64,000 bases of DNA, taken from positions 62,863 through 126,862 of the forward strand of contig CAYHPN010000002.1 in assembly GCA_964358765.1 (NCBI GenBank). Direction: 5' to 3'. The DNA is from Candidatus Woesearchaeota archaeon. GTDB taxonomy: Archaea; Nanobdellota; Nanobdellia; Pacearchaeales; GW2011-AR1. The notes under the pieces are model-generated. The model searched no databases, was not told where the DNA came from, and saw nothing but the letters and a program-made list of their open reading frames with translations. Both the position numbers and the translations under genes were made by a program. How positions within the stretch are numbered: the first letter of the stretch is position 1; the number at the start of each line of letters is the position of its first letter. Below are positions 45,365 to 55,091 of the stretch, in pieces.

Positions 45365-45993
45365 CTAAGGAAAAGGAAAAAACACTAGGAAGAGTTGGAA
45401 CAATAGGAAGATTCAAACCATTGCACAATGGCGCTTTTACGTTATTGAAATCTTTATGTGAGAGAGCAGATGAAGTAATCATAGGAATTGGAAGTTCAAA
45501 TAAATACAATTTAAGAAACCCTTTTACGCAAGAAGAAACCAAAGAGATGATTGATCTAGCACTCCAAGATAATTTTAACAATTATTCTTTTGTATTTATC
45601 CCTGATTTTGGACACATTCCTCAATATAAAGATGGGAAGTATTGGAGAACTGTTGTAGTTGAGAAATTTGGAAAACTAGATTATTTCGTATCTGCAAACG
45701 ATTATGTAAAAGATTTGCTCAAAGATCATTACAATATCTTAGAATCATATTTTGTTGTACCAAGAGAAGATAGATTCAGATTACGCGGGGCACAAGTACG
45801 CTACGCCATGGCCACCGGAGAGAACCTGAAAAATTTAGTGCCAAAAAGAGTTGCAGAATATTTGGAAAATAATGATCTAGTTAAAAGATTCAACAAAGAG
45901 TTTGGACTGGAAACTCTTGCCTGCGTTATTGATTCTGATTATACTGAAGATGAAAGTGCAGCAGAAGAAAAAATGCATGCACGGGAGAAATAA
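45346..45993 (+). CDS. NadM-like nicotinamide-nucleotide adenylyltransferase (variant active-site motif)
   Basis: GRFKPLHNGAFTLL corresponds to the cytidylyltransferase GRFxPxHxGH motif, but the last His is replaced by Ala. The C-terminal tail is acidic. Confidence 0.6.
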   Translation: MVFNTITKEKEKTLGRVGTIGRFKPLHNGAFTLLKSLCERADEVIIGIGSSNKYNLRNPFTQEETKEMIDLALQDNFNNYSFVFIPDFGHIPQYKDGKYWRTVVVEKFGKLDYFVSANDYVKDLLKDHYNILESYFVVPREDRFRLRGAQVRYAMATGENLKNLVPKRVAEYLENNDLVKRFNKEFGLETLACVIDSDYTEDESAAEEKMHAREK

Positions 45994-45994
45994 A

Positions 45995-46792
45995 ATGGCC
46001 AAGATTGGGAATTACAGGGTTAAAAAACAAATAGGCGAGGGAGGATTTGGAAGAGTCTTTCAAGGAGAGCATACCTTACTAGGGACTGAAGTTTGCCTTA
46101 AGCAAAATAGAAATGCTTCAGTAGAAGATGTTGAATTACTTAAGCACGAAGCAAAACTAATGTGGAAACTAGATGAATATCATTCGATACCTAGCATTAA
46201 GGATTTTTATGAATTGAATAAAGAAACAGGAGTACTAGTTATGAGTTATATTGAGGGAAGTACTCTAGAAGATTTAATAAAAGAAAAAGGGCCTCTGCAC
46301 GCAGAAGATGCTTCCTGGATTATGGAGAGATTACTAGGGGCGCTCTATTATGCACATTGCAAAGGAGTTATTCATACAGATGTAAAACCAGAAAATGTTT
46401 TTATTGAACCGCAGAATAGAGATATAAAATTGATTGATTGGGGGCTTGCCAGCTTTAAGCCTACAAGCAAGACAAAGCCTATTGGATATAGTCCAAAATA
46501 TGCAGCTCCTGAACTCATCAATGGAAGCCCTCCTCTGCCCGAGACTGATCTCTACGGAGCAGGAATTGTCTACTTAAGAGCCTTAGGTGGAGATATAGAA
46601 AAGAAAAGTTTCCGCAAAGACACTCCTACAGAGATTGTTTCTTTTTGTAACCGACTTTTACTATATGAAGCAAAAGAAAGACCTAATTGGGACAAAGAAA
46701 ATCTTATTGAAACCTTATCAAGCGTTCGTGAAAATGTCTTTGGAAGAAGACATAGCGGAACACTAGTAAAAGTGAAAGGAGGTGATGTATAA
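45995..46792 (+). CDS. Hanks-type Ser/Thr protein kinase
   Basis: IGEGGFGRVFQG, catalytic loop HTDVKPENVF, DWG (DFG-like) and APE. The start ATG at 45995 comes 2 nt after the NMNAT stop; the track start at 45902 overlaps the NMNAT gene. Confidence 0.75.
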   Translation: MAKIGNYRVKKQIGEGGFGRVFQGEHTLLGTEVCLKQNRNASVEDVELLKHEAKLMWKLDEYHSIPSIKDFYELNKETGVLVMSYIEGSTLEDLIKEKGPLHAEDASWIMERLLGALYYAHCKGVIHTDVKPENVFIEPQNRDIKLIDWGLASFKPTSKTKPIGYSPKYAAPELINGSPPLPETDLYGAGIVYLRALGGDIEKKSFRKDTPTEIVSFCNRLLLYEAKERPNWDKENLIETLSSVRENVFGRRHSGTLVKVKGGDV

Positions 46793-46793
46793 G

Positions 46794-47807
46794 ATGTACT
46801 CATGGGGAGGAGATACTGGAGGCTGGAGAGGAAGCAAGAAATATGACTATGGATCTGCAAGAGCCCACTATGACAAAATGGCAGTTGATATGCCTAGCGT
46901 AAGAACATATGACAGAAGAAAAACGCCTGACATGGATCTTACCAACGCAAAAGGAAAAAATATTCAGAGCGATAGTGAAGACCCCGTTATTGTAGCAGTT
47001 GATGTTACCGGTTCAATGTCTGCGTGGCCAGGAGAAATATTTGATCGATTGCCATTGTTCTACCAAACACTTGCAAAACACAGGCCTGGAATGGAAATAG
47101 CGTTTGCAGCCATTGGAGATGCAACAATAGATGGTTATCCATTACAGATTACGGACTTTGCAAAAGAACCTAAAGATCTTGAGAAAAAACTTAAAGCACT
47201 CGGATGTGAAGGCGGAGGCGGAGGTCATATCACTGAATCCTACGAATTGTTTGGATACTATATGATGCACCATTGCAAGACACCAAAAGCAAAATCACCC
47301 TTTTTGCTGATTTATGGAGATGAAGCATTTTATGATAATGTTGAACCAAAACAAGTTAAACATTATATTGGAGATGACTTAGAATCTAGCGTTAATTCGA
47401 CAGAATTGTGGAAAGGACTTATGCAAAAATATGAACTCTATCATCTGCACAAACTCTATGGATCAGGTGGAGAAAAATCTACTGACAGCCAAATTATAGA
47501 TATCTGGAGAAAAGCAATTGGAAGACAAAGAGTGATTGAACTTCCTTTCGAAATTACGATGGAAGATGGAAGCAAGATGCCCGGTTATCAAAGAGCGGTC
47601 GACATTGGAATGGGACTCATTGCAAAACGTTGGGGAGAGTATCGAGACTTTGGAAAAAGCCTTGATGCACGCCATGACGATCCAAGTGTAAAGGCGAGTG
47701 TGCATCACTCATTACGACATATTGATGCTGACCCAGCACCTGTATCCCGAATTACTGCAAAATCAAAAACTGCAAAATCCAAGGCGACAAAAAGTCTCCT
47801 AGATTAA
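46794..47807 (+). CDS. von Willebrand factor A (vWA) domain protein
   Basis: MIDAS-like VAVDVTGSMS and later IGDA / LIYGDEA strands. GGAGG lies about 10 nt upstream of the ATG at 46794. Alternative starts are at 46782 and 46785. Confidence 0.65.
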   Translation: MYSWGGDTGGWRGSKKYDYGSARAHYDKMAVDMPSVRTYDRRKTPDMDLTNAKGKNIQSDSEDPVIVAVDVTGSMSAWPGEIFDRLPLFYQTLAKHRPGMEIAFAAIGDATIDGYPLQITDFAKEPKDLEKKLKALGCEGGGGGHITESYELFGYYMMHHCKTPKAKSPFLLIYGDEAFYDNVEPKQVKHYIGDDLESSVNSTELWKGLMQKYELYHLHKLYGSGGEKSTDSQIIDIWRKAIGRQRVIELPFEITMEDGSKMPGYQRAVDIGMGLIAKRWGEYRDFGKSLDARHDDPSVKASVHHSLRHIDADPAPVSRITAKSKTAKSKATKSLLD

Positions 47808-47857
47808 AGGAAATTTATTTTTTACTTTTTTTTATTATTAACAAGACAAAAAGAAAA

Positions 47858-48769
47858 ATGGAAAGAAAAGCAATAGTAACACTGGGGCCGTATGCTCCTT
47901 TTATGGAAGATGTAGTAAAACACCCTATCGTATCCGGGATTAGACTCAATACAGTTATGCCACTAAAGGAAACAAAAGAGGATGCTCTTAAGAGACTTGA
48001 GAGTATTGTAAAAGAAGAAGGAAAAGAACTATGGATTGATCTTAAATGCAGACAGCTAAGAGTAAAAGAATTTTGCACTCCTCCTTACACAGAAATTACT
48101 TTGAGCCATGAAATAGAAGTTTATACTCCAACAAAAGCGTATTTCTCTGACAGGAGTGAGAGTGCAACCATTTTAGAAGTGAATGGAAATAAACTTATTA
48201 TGCAAGACGGACCTAGGAGAGTTGTTGGACCCGGAGAGTCTGTAACCATTCCTCATCCAACACTACAGATCAAAGGAGATTACCTTACAGATTCTGATAA
48301 AACATATATTGAAGCAGCAAACAAAGTAGGGATTCATAAGTATATGCTTTCTTTTATTGAGAAAAAACAAGATAGTAAGGGAGTGAGAAAGTATGATGCA
48401 AAAGCAGAGAGTATTGAAAAAATAGAATCTGAAAAAGGATTAAGATATCTTTCAAAGGAATGGGAAGGGAACACAAGACTTATGGCAGCATGCGGAGATC
48501 TCTATATGGAACTGAAATGGCCACATGAAATTGCTGAAAAGATCGAGTTTATTTTAAGCAAAGATAAAAATGCTATTGCGGCTTCAAGAATTTTAGATTC
48601 GCTTGCTAGTAGACCAGAACCAAGTTGCGAAGATATAGGACACTTAGATAATTTGCTGAGAATGGGATATAAGACTGTGATGTTTGGAGATGAAATTTGT
48701 CTTGAAAAAGAAAAAATTCTTTCTGCACTTAATATTTATACTCTTATGGCGAGGAGATATGAAAAATGA
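47858..48769 (+). CDS. truncated pyruvate-kinase-like TIM-barrel protein
   Basis: KAIVTLGPYA, GIRLNTVMP, WIDLKCRQLRV, ACGDLYMEL and ASRILDSLASRPEPSCEDIGHLDNLLRMGYKTVMFGDEIC parallel the PK motifs (TIGP, NFSHG, DTKGPEIR, RGDLGVE, ATQMLESM..P.PTRAE..DVANAV.DG.D.VMLSGETA). It is only 303 aa and has no C-terminal domain. Confidence 0.5.
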   Translation: MERKAIVTLGPYAPFMEDVVKHPIVSGIRLNTVMPLKETKEDALKRLESIVKEEGKELWIDLKCRQLRVKEFCTPPYTEITLSHEIEVYTPTKAYFSDRSESATILEVNGNKLIMQDGPRRVVGPGESVTIPHPTLQIKGDYLTDSDKTYIEAANKVGIHKYMLSFIEKKQDSKGVRKYDAKAESIEKIESEKGLRYLSKEWEGNTRLMAACGDLYMELKWPHEIAEKIEFILSKDKNAIAASRILDSLASRPEPSCEDIGHLDNLLRMGYKTVMFGDEICLEKEKILSALNIYTLMARRYEK

Positions 48770-48815
48770 GCCCTTTAATTTTGGCAAATAAGTATTATCT
48801 TAAAGGAGAAATTTT

Positions 48816-49361
48816 ATGATAGAGACAATTAATCAAATAGATAAAGAAGATAAAGTTGTGTATAGTGGACATTTAACACTAGTTAAAAGATCGCACGAAG
48901 GGAGAGATTATGATGTTGTTATATCTAAAAATGCAGCGGTTATGCTCTATATTGATGAGAATGATACCGTTTATTTAACAAAACAATATAGGCCTGCAAT
49001 GGGAGAAGAAATCTTAGCATTGCCTGCTGAGACTTTAGATAAAAATGGACTGAGCCCACTAGAAACAATGATTGAAGGTTTAGAAGAAGAATGTGGAATA
49101 AGAATAAACGAAGATCAGGTAAAATCAGTTGGAAGAGTTATTTCAACTGATGGGCATGATACTGAAAGAGTTTATCTATTTTTAGCGCATGGACCAGGAA
49201 AAAAAGTTGGACAAAAATTAGAAGAAAACGAAAAAATACAAGTAGTGACTATGCCATTTGATGAATTATATAAAAGAGTTATTAATAATGAGATAGAAGG
49301 ATCCAAGACTGCATATTTAGTGATGCGTGAGAAATTAAGAAGACTAGGTGAATTAAAATAA
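48816..49361 (+). CDS. Nudix hydrolase, ADP-ribose pyrophosphatase-like
   Basis: LPAETLDKNGLSPLETMIEGLEEECGI resembles the NudF-type Nudix box; 181 aa. Confidence 0.7.
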   Translation: MIETINQIDKEDKVVYSGHLTLVKRSHEGRDYDVVISKNAAVMLYIDENDTVYLTKQYRPAMGEEILALPAETLDKNGLSPLETMIEGLEEECGIRINEDQVKSVGRVISTDGHDTERVYLFLAHGPGKKVGQKLEENEKIQVVTMPFDELYKRVINNEIEGSKTAYLVMREKLRRLGELK

Positions 49362-49474
49362 AATAATTAATAATCTAATTTTACCGAAGATATTTATTAA
49401 AAAAGAGATAAAACAATTTATTTTATTTAAATTTTACTAAAATCACAAATAAAGCGCAGCACCACAAAGTTTAT

Positions 49475-49517
49475 ATAGTGTATTGTATACAATTAGTTAG
49501 TGTATTAAGTACACTAA
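49475..49517 (+). promoter_or_regulatory. tandem NrtR-type operators over the TATA box and TSS of the pnuC-nadR-nadK operon
   Basis: Site A (49475-49495) is ATAGTGTATTGTATACAATTA. Site B (49497-49517) is TTAGTGTATTAAGTACACTAA, one mismatch from the perfect palindrome. BRE/TATA AAAGTTTATATA ends at 49477. Confidence 0.7.
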
Positions 49518-49530
49518 AGGAAAAAACAAA

Positions 49531-49854
49531 ATGACAATAACACCAGAACAAGCAAAAGAAACAAACAAAAGGAACAATAAAGGAAAAATAGAAACTTTAG
49601 AGAAAAAGATAGACAAAATATTAGTTGATAATATAAATTCGTGCAATAGAAGAGAAGGAATTATTGTTGGAGTGAGCACTTTAGAATTAGGAGACTTATT
49701 TGAATTTATAAAAGAAAGATATGAAGATGCTGGATGGGCACTAAGATATGAAAGCGACCAGAGAGATGGAGATTATTATGTATTTACCCCTAAAAGAAGG
49801 GTAATGAATAATTATGCAGGAAGTGGAGAAAATTCGGGAGGTGGAGAAAAATGA
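49531..49854 (+). CDS. hypothetical protein (first gene of the pnuC operon)
   Basis: 107 aa with an ATGA overlap with pnuC. Confidence 0.4.
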   Translation: MTITPEQAKETNKRNNKGKIETLEKKIDKILVDNINSCNRREGIIVGVSTLELGDLFEFIKERYEDAGWALRYESDQRDGDYYVFTPKRRVMNNYAGSGENSGGGEK

Positions 49855-50534
49855 AAATCTTCAAGGATTGGAAATTATTTGAAAAGATTTGGCTTTTTGC
49901 ATTTACTATAGTAAATATTTATTTATTTTTTGCATGGGGAGACACTTTGATCGGATTAACTGCATCCATTACTGGAATGTTAACAGTAGTTTTAACAGCT
50001 AAAGGAAAAATTAGCAGCTTTTACTGGGGATTAATAAATATATTTGCTTATTCTTATGTAGCTTATCAAAGTGCATATTATGGAGATGTTATTCTTAATT
50101 TGTTTTACTTTCTTCCTATGACTTTCTTTGGAATTTATTATTGGAAAAATAACCTTAATAAAGATAAAGAAAATAAAACTGTAAAGGTTAGATCCTTAAG
50201 CTGGATAAATAAATTTTTATTATTTGTCGCATCTTTAATACTAGTATATTTTCTTGGTTTATTTTTAAGAGCTATAAGTGGAACCCTGCCTTTTGTCGAT
50301 TCAACCACAACCATATTCTCAATAATAGCAACAATATTACTTACAAAGAGATATTCTGATCAATGGTTTTATTGGATACTTGTTGACATATGGTCCATTG
50401 TAATGTGGGTTTACATTTTTACACGCGATGGGAACCAAGTAAGCATGCTTGTAATGTGGACTGCATTTTTAGTGAATGCAATCTATGGATATTATAATTG
50501 GATAAAAATGGAGAGAGAACAAAATGGTAAATAA
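49851..50534 (+). CDS. pnuC: nicotinamide riboside transporter
   Basis: 227 aa with about 7 TM helices and the characteristic Trp/Tyr-rich helices (WGLINIFAYSYVAYQSAYYGD, WFYWILVDIWSIVMWVY). Confidence 0.8.
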   Translation: MKIFKDWKLFEKIWLFAFTIVNIYLFFAWGDTLIGLTASITGMLTVVLTAKGKISSFYWGLINIFAYSYVAYQSAYYGDVILNLFYFLPMTFFGIYYWKNNLNKDKENKTVKVRSLSWINKFLLFVASLILVYFLGLFLRAISGTLPFVDSTTTIFSIIATILLTKRYSDQWFYWILVDIWSIVMWVYIFTRDGNQVSMLVMWTAFLVNAIYGYYNWIKMEREQNGK

Positions 50535-51564
50535 AAAAACGACTGGATTTATAGGAGGAAAGTTCTTGCCTTTTCACCAAGGGCACATATATCTAATAGT
50601 AGCAGCTTCAAATATGGTTGATGAACTTTATATTGTTTTGACATCCTCAAAGAATAGGGATAAGCAACTTTGCGAGAGGGATGGCATAAAATATATTCCG
50701 GATGATGTGCGTTTTTCTTGGATAGGTGAATCAGTAAACAATTTAGAAAATGTTAAATTAATTCAAATTGAAGATGATCAGTTTGATGAAAATTATGACT
50801 GGGATAGCGGTGCAGAGGCAATAAAGAAAGCAATAGGGAAGAAGATAGATTTTGTTTTTAGTTCGGAAAAAGAGTATACTGAGCATTTTAAGAAGAATTA
50901 TCCTAATGCTAAACATATTGTTATTGACTCTGAAAGAAAAACAATAAATATTTCTGGAACTCAATTAAGAAGAAATATTTATGGTAATTGGGATAAATTA
51001 CCTGATTATGTAAGAAAAGATTTTGTTAAAAGAGTTGTAGTTGTGGGTACAGAAAGTTGCGGAAAAAGTACACTTGCAAAAAAACTTGCTAAATTTTACA
51101 ATACGCAATATGTTGAAGAAACAGGCAGAAAATATTGTGAAAAATATTCAAATAGACTTACTAAAGAGATGTTTGATTTTATTGCAATGGAACATTTCTT
51201 AGAACAAGAGAAAAAAATTGTTAACAGCAATAAATTATTATTTGTTGATAGTGAAGCGGTTGTGACTCAATTCTATTTAAATAAATATTTTTATGGAGAA
51301 AAATCTAATTTAATTGAGGAAATCATAAAAATACAAAATTATGATTTAGTAATATTTCTTGAGCCAGATGTAAAATGGGTTAGTGATGGACTACGAAATG
51401 AGGGGGAAGAAGAAATAAGGAAAAAAAATAACGAGTTAATGAAAAATATGTTTAAGGACAGAGGAATTAAATTTGTAAGTGTTAGAGGGAACTATGCTCA
51501 AAGATTCAACAAATCTCGTGAGCTAATAAATAGCTTATTCTTAAATAATGGAGGAAGAAAATGA
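50524..51564 (+). CDS. nadR: NadR-like bifunctional NMN adenylyltransferase / ribosylnicotinamide kinase (no HTH domain)
   Basis: GGKFLPFHQGHIYLI (HxGH) and P-loop VVGTESCGKST; 346 aa. Confidence 0.8.
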   Translation: MVNKKTTGFIGGKFLPFHQGHIYLIVAASNMVDELYIVLTSSKNRDKQLCERDGIKYIPDDVRFSWIGESVNNLENVKLIQIEDDQFDENYDWDSGAEAIKKAIGKKIDFVFSSEKEYTEHFKKNYPNAKHIVIDSERKTINISGTQLRRNIYGNWDKLPDYVRKDFVKRVVVVGTESCGKSTLAKKLAKFYNTQYVEETGRKYCEKYSNRLTKEMFDFIAMEHFLEQEKKIVNSNKLLFVDSEAVVTQFYLNKYFYGEKSNLIEEIIKIQNYDLVIFLEPDVKWVSDGLRNEGEEEIRKKNNELMKNMFKDRGIKFVSVRGNYAQRFNKSRELINSLFLNNGGRK

Positions 51565-52334
51565 TTGAAAAAATACTAGTGCTGCTAAAAAAAGGATTAA
51601 AATTTGAGGAAGATTTAATCGAAAATATAAAAAAACTTTCTTCCAATAGATCAATTAAAGTTGTAGATTTTGACGATTTTAAAAAAGAAGATTTAGCGGA
51701 GATTGATCTGGTTTTAACAATTGGGGGAGATGGAACATTTGTAAAAGCGGCGAACAATGTAGAAAATTGTTTAATTTTAGGAATTAATGCTAATCCAGAT
51801 AAAAGTGAAGGAGCATTAACTAGTATTAATATTGAAGATATAGAAAAACTGGAGGAATTATTTAAAGGAAATTTTGAAGTTATTAAAAGATATAGGGCTA
51901 AAGTAACTTTAAACGGAATAGTTCTAGATTCTAAAGCTATAAATGAAGTATACCTCGGAGCCGCATCTCAGTTTCATAGTTCAAGATATATAATTAAACA
52001 TAATGGAAATGAAGAAGAGCATAGGAGTTCAGGAGTAATAGTATCTACTGGAACTGGTTCGCCAGCATGGTTTTATTCCGCTGGAGGAAAAATTTTTGCT
52101 TACGATGAAGAAAAACTTTCTTTTATAGTTAGAGAACCTTACTATGGAAAAAGAATATTTACTCCAAAAATTCTAAAAGGTGAATTAAAAAAAGGAGAGA
52201 AAATAACCATAGAATCAAAAAGAGATTTTGGAGGAATACTTGCCATAAATGACGAGACTCATAGTTTTAATGAAGGAGATGTTGCTGAAATAGAACTTTA
52301 TGATAATCCTCTAAAAGTTGTGGTGTTAAAATGA
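51561..52334 (+). CDS. nadK: NAD kinase
   Basis: LTIGGDGTFV (GGDGT) and the NE..LG / STGTGSPAW motifs. Confidence 0.8.
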   Translation: MIEKILVLLKKGLKFEEDLIENIKKLSSNRSIKVVDFDDFKKEDLAEIDLVLTIGGDGTFVKAANNVENCLILGINANPDKSEGALTSINIEDIEKLEELFKGNFEVIKRYRAKVTLNGIVLDSKAINEVYLGAASQFHSSRYIIKHNGNEEEHRSSGVIVSTGTGSPAWFYSAGGKIFAYDEEKLSFIVREPYYGKRIFTPKILKGELKKGEKITIESKRDFGGILAINDETHSFNEGDVAEIELYDNPLKVVVLK

Positions 52335-52449
52335 GAAAAATTGTTCAGCATAATAATGCTTCACAAAATAAAATAGCTTTATATTTTGAAGTAAATTCAA
52401 AATTTAAAAGAATTATAGTAACTAAACTAATAAGCTTAAAGAGATAAAA

Positions 52450-52920
52450 ATGAAAGAGATAAAATGCCCTCAAGTTTACTATGAAGAAAGAGAAAAATCT
52501 ATATTTTTAGCTGGAGGAATAAGTAATTGTCCTGATTGGCAGGAAGAAATGGTCAAATTGTTAAAAATAAGTGATTTAACTTTGATAAATCCAAGAAGAG
52601 AGGATTTTATAATGAATGACTTAAAAATTGAAGAAGAACAAATAACTTGGGAATTTGAGCATTTAAAAAAATCAGGGGCAGTTTTATTTTGGTTTCCTAA
52701 AGAAACCTTGTGTCCAATAACTCTATATGAACTAGGTAAACAAAGCATGCCAGATAAACCAATTTTTATTGGCATAGAACCAGAATATAAAAGACAAAGA
52801 GATGTAGAGATACAGACTAGACTTGCGAGACCTGAAATTAAAATTGTTTATTCTTTAAAAGACTTAAGTGAGCAAGTACTTTTATGGGAACAGAAAAGTT
52901 TAAAATTATTAGAGATATAA
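52450..52920 (+). CDS. nucleoside 2-deoxyribosyltransferase-like protein
   Basis: IFLAGGISNCPDWQ ... LFWFPKETLCPITLYELG pattern; 156 aa. Confidence 0.45.
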   Translation: MKEIKCPQVYYEEREKSIFLAGGISNCPDWQEEMVKLLKISDLTLINPRREDFIMNDLKIEEEQITWEFEHLKKSGAVLFWFPKETLCPITLYELGKQSMPDKPIFIGIEPEYKRQRDVEIQTRLARPEIKIVYSLKDLSEQVLLWEQKSLKLLEI

Positions 52921-52988
52921 CTATATAATGTATCTTAGAAGTAGTAACAAATACAAACCTTTATATATCCTTTTTACCTATAAATTTT

Positions 52989-53741
52989 ATGGAAATCAAA
53001 CATTTAAACCTTGAACTTAAAGATAATTGGAATGAATATATAGCAACTATTTGGAAAAATATATTTATTAAAATTGGATTGCCTAGGTATGGAACTATTG
53101 TAGAAATTGCACCTGGGGAAGTAAACAAAATAGGTAAGGCGCTAGAAATGTATGGATTTAAAGGCACTCTGATTATTATTGAGCCTAATGAAAAATCATT
53201 AAATAACTTAACAAAGGAATATAATTCCAAGTTTAAAGACATTAATTTAATAGGAATAAATAGAGAATTAAAGGATTCTATTAAATTATTACCTAATAAA
53301 GTTGATGCTATTTTATCAAATCATCCTCTGGATGATATGATTATTGGAAAATTTTTGAAAGATAAGGAATTTAACAATTTTTTTGATAATTGTTATGAAA
53401 ATTATGATTTGGCCCATATAAAGAAAATCTGGGATAAAGTTGAGTCATCTAATAATGCAGAAGAGATAAAAAACGAAGTTGGTAAAGAATTTATAGAATT
53501 ATTTAATAAAACGAACCCTGAAATTGTAATTATCTCACAATACGAGTCATATTTCTTTAAAACTAATAAAATTGATTATCCGGATAAGATTGGCTTTGAA
53601 CTCTTAAACAAGTTAAAAATAGAGAATATTGGAACTGATTATTCTAAAGTTTTAGATAATATAAAAGAAATAAATGATAAGGAAAGATGGGCTTTATTTA
53701 GACCTTGCAAAGATTTAAAAATGAGGGATAATGCGAAATAG
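52989..53741 (+). CDS. hypothetical protein, possible Rossmann-fold methyltransferase
   Basis: IVEIAPGEVNKIG and ILSNHPLDD resemble SAM-MTase motifs I and IV. The match is weak. Confidence 0.3.
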   Translation: MEIKHLNLELKDNWNEYIATIWKNIFIKIGLPRYGTIVEIAPGEVNKIGKALEMYGFKGTLIIIEPNEKSLNNLTKEYNSKFKDINLIGINRELKDSIKLLPNKVDAILSNHPLDDMIIGKFLKDKEFNNFFDNCYENYDLAHIKKIWDKVESSNNAEEIKNEVGKEFIELFNKTNPEIVIISQYESYFFKTNKIDYPDKIGFELLNKLKIENIGTDYSKVLDNIKEINDKERWALFRPCKDLKMRDNAK

Positions 53742-54879
53742 CATGGTAAAGAATGTATTAGTAAATGGAGCAAGCGGAAGAATAGGGAGAGCAGTTACTT
53801 TTAATTTAATTCAACTTATTGATCAAGGGAATTCTGAACTTGAATTTGCTGCAATGAACGACCCTATAGGAATTGATAATATAGTAGATAATTTAATGGC
53901 GCATGATAATACCCATGGTAAATATGACTGGAGAGTAGAGAGAACAACCTCTGAGATGATAGAAATTAAAACTAATAAAGGTCATTTTTTTATTAAGGCA
54001 TATGCTGAGAAATCATTAGATAGAATACCTTTCAAAGAAGATGGAATACAAATAGTTGAAGAATGCTCGGGCTTCTTTGGGGATGATAAAAAAGAGAAAG
54101 GAAAAATCGGAGCTAGAGATTTTTTGAAATATGGAGTAGAAACTGTTATTTTGTCATATCCTGCTAAATATGCTGATAAAAGCTTAGTAATGGGAGTAAA
54201 TAATAATGAATATGATGCTGGAAAACATAGAATAATTTCAAATGCCTCTTGTACTACAAAAGCAATAGCAACTCCATTAAAACTAATGATTGATTGTGGA
54301 TTTGATATAACCGCCTTATTAATGGATACTGTACATGCTGCAACTAATTCACAGAATATTTTAGAATCCTTAGATAATGTTTCTACACATAAAACAGGAG
54401 CTGCAATCGCAACAGCTGAATTAATTCCATCTTTAGATGGAAAAATGGACGGTTTATCCTTTAGAGTTCCTACTACTGATGGAAGCTTTGCAAATGCCTA
54501 TCTTGTGGCTTCTCATCATCAAGAGATGAATGCTGAAAAATTAAATGAATTTTTTAGAAAGTATAATAAGAGCAAGCTTTATAGTGAAAGAATTGCCCTT
54601 TTTGAAGGTAAAGAAGCTTCAACTAAGAGAGATATTGTTGGAAAGACAGAAAACTCAGTAATGATTTTAGATAAAACTAGAGTTATTCGTTTACCTTATA
54701 CAAACGCTAGAGGAAAAAATACTTATTTAATTGGATTTGTATCTGGATATGATAATGAAATGGGACCTCCAATGGACCAAGTTTTATTGACAAGATATAT
54801 TGCAAACAGGAATAGTAAAATTGTATTTCATGTTCCTCCCATAGATCCAGAAGATCTTAAATTACCTGACCATATATAA
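53731..54879 (+). CDS. gap: type I glyceraldehyde-3-phosphate dehydrogenase-like protein (divergent)
   Basis: NGASGRIGRAV NAD-binding loop and catalytic SNASCTTKAIATPLK; 382 aa with insertions. Confidence 0.7.
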   Translation: MRNSMVKNVLVNGASGRIGRAVTFNLIQLIDQGNSELEFAAMNDPIGIDNIVDNLMAHDNTHGKYDWRVERTTSEMIEIKTNKGHFFIKAYAEKSLDRIPFKEDGIQIVEECSGFFGDDKKEKGKIGARDFLKYGVETVILSYPAKYADKSLVMGVNNNEYDAGKHRIISNASCTTKAIATPLKLMIDCGFDITALLMDTVHAATNSQNILESLDNVSTHKTGAAIATAELIPSLDGKMDGLSFRVPTTDGSFANAYLVASHHQEMNAEKLNEFFRKYNKSKLYSERIALFEGKEASTKRDIVGKTENSVMILDKTRVIRLPYTNARGKNTYLIGFVSGYDNEMGPPMDQVLLTRYIANRNSKIVFHVPPIDPEDLKLPDHI

Positions 54880-54914
54880 AATTTGAATTTATATTAATCT
54901 TTTTATTTTAAAAT

Positions 54915-55015
54915 AAAGCTCACTAGAGCGGACTTGATGACGTTTAAGAACATTAATTGATTACAATTTATTATTTTAGCAGATATTTATCTCAATCTTT
55001 TTATTTATATTCATT
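54915..55015 (+). repeat. family B intergenic element (degenerate copy)
   Basis: AAAGCTCACTAGAGC ... AACATTAATTGATTACAATTTATTATTTT ... CTTTTTATTTAT aligns to parts of 45101-45265 and 63671-63925. Confidence 0.4.
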
Positions 55016-55091
55016 GATAAAATTACTTAAGACAAATCTTAATAGCTTTTACTAAGAATAAATATATAAAACATAATTGCTATTTTATTTA

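Noticed and set aside
45902-45994. Upstream extension of the kinase ORF (track start 45902), and likewise 40072-40134 for the ARH gene
   Set aside because: The extensions overlap the 3' ends of the preceding genes in another frame. The kinase Gly-loop and the ARH N-terminus begin right after the internal ATGs at 45995 and 40135, and these give the compact junctions typical of this operon.
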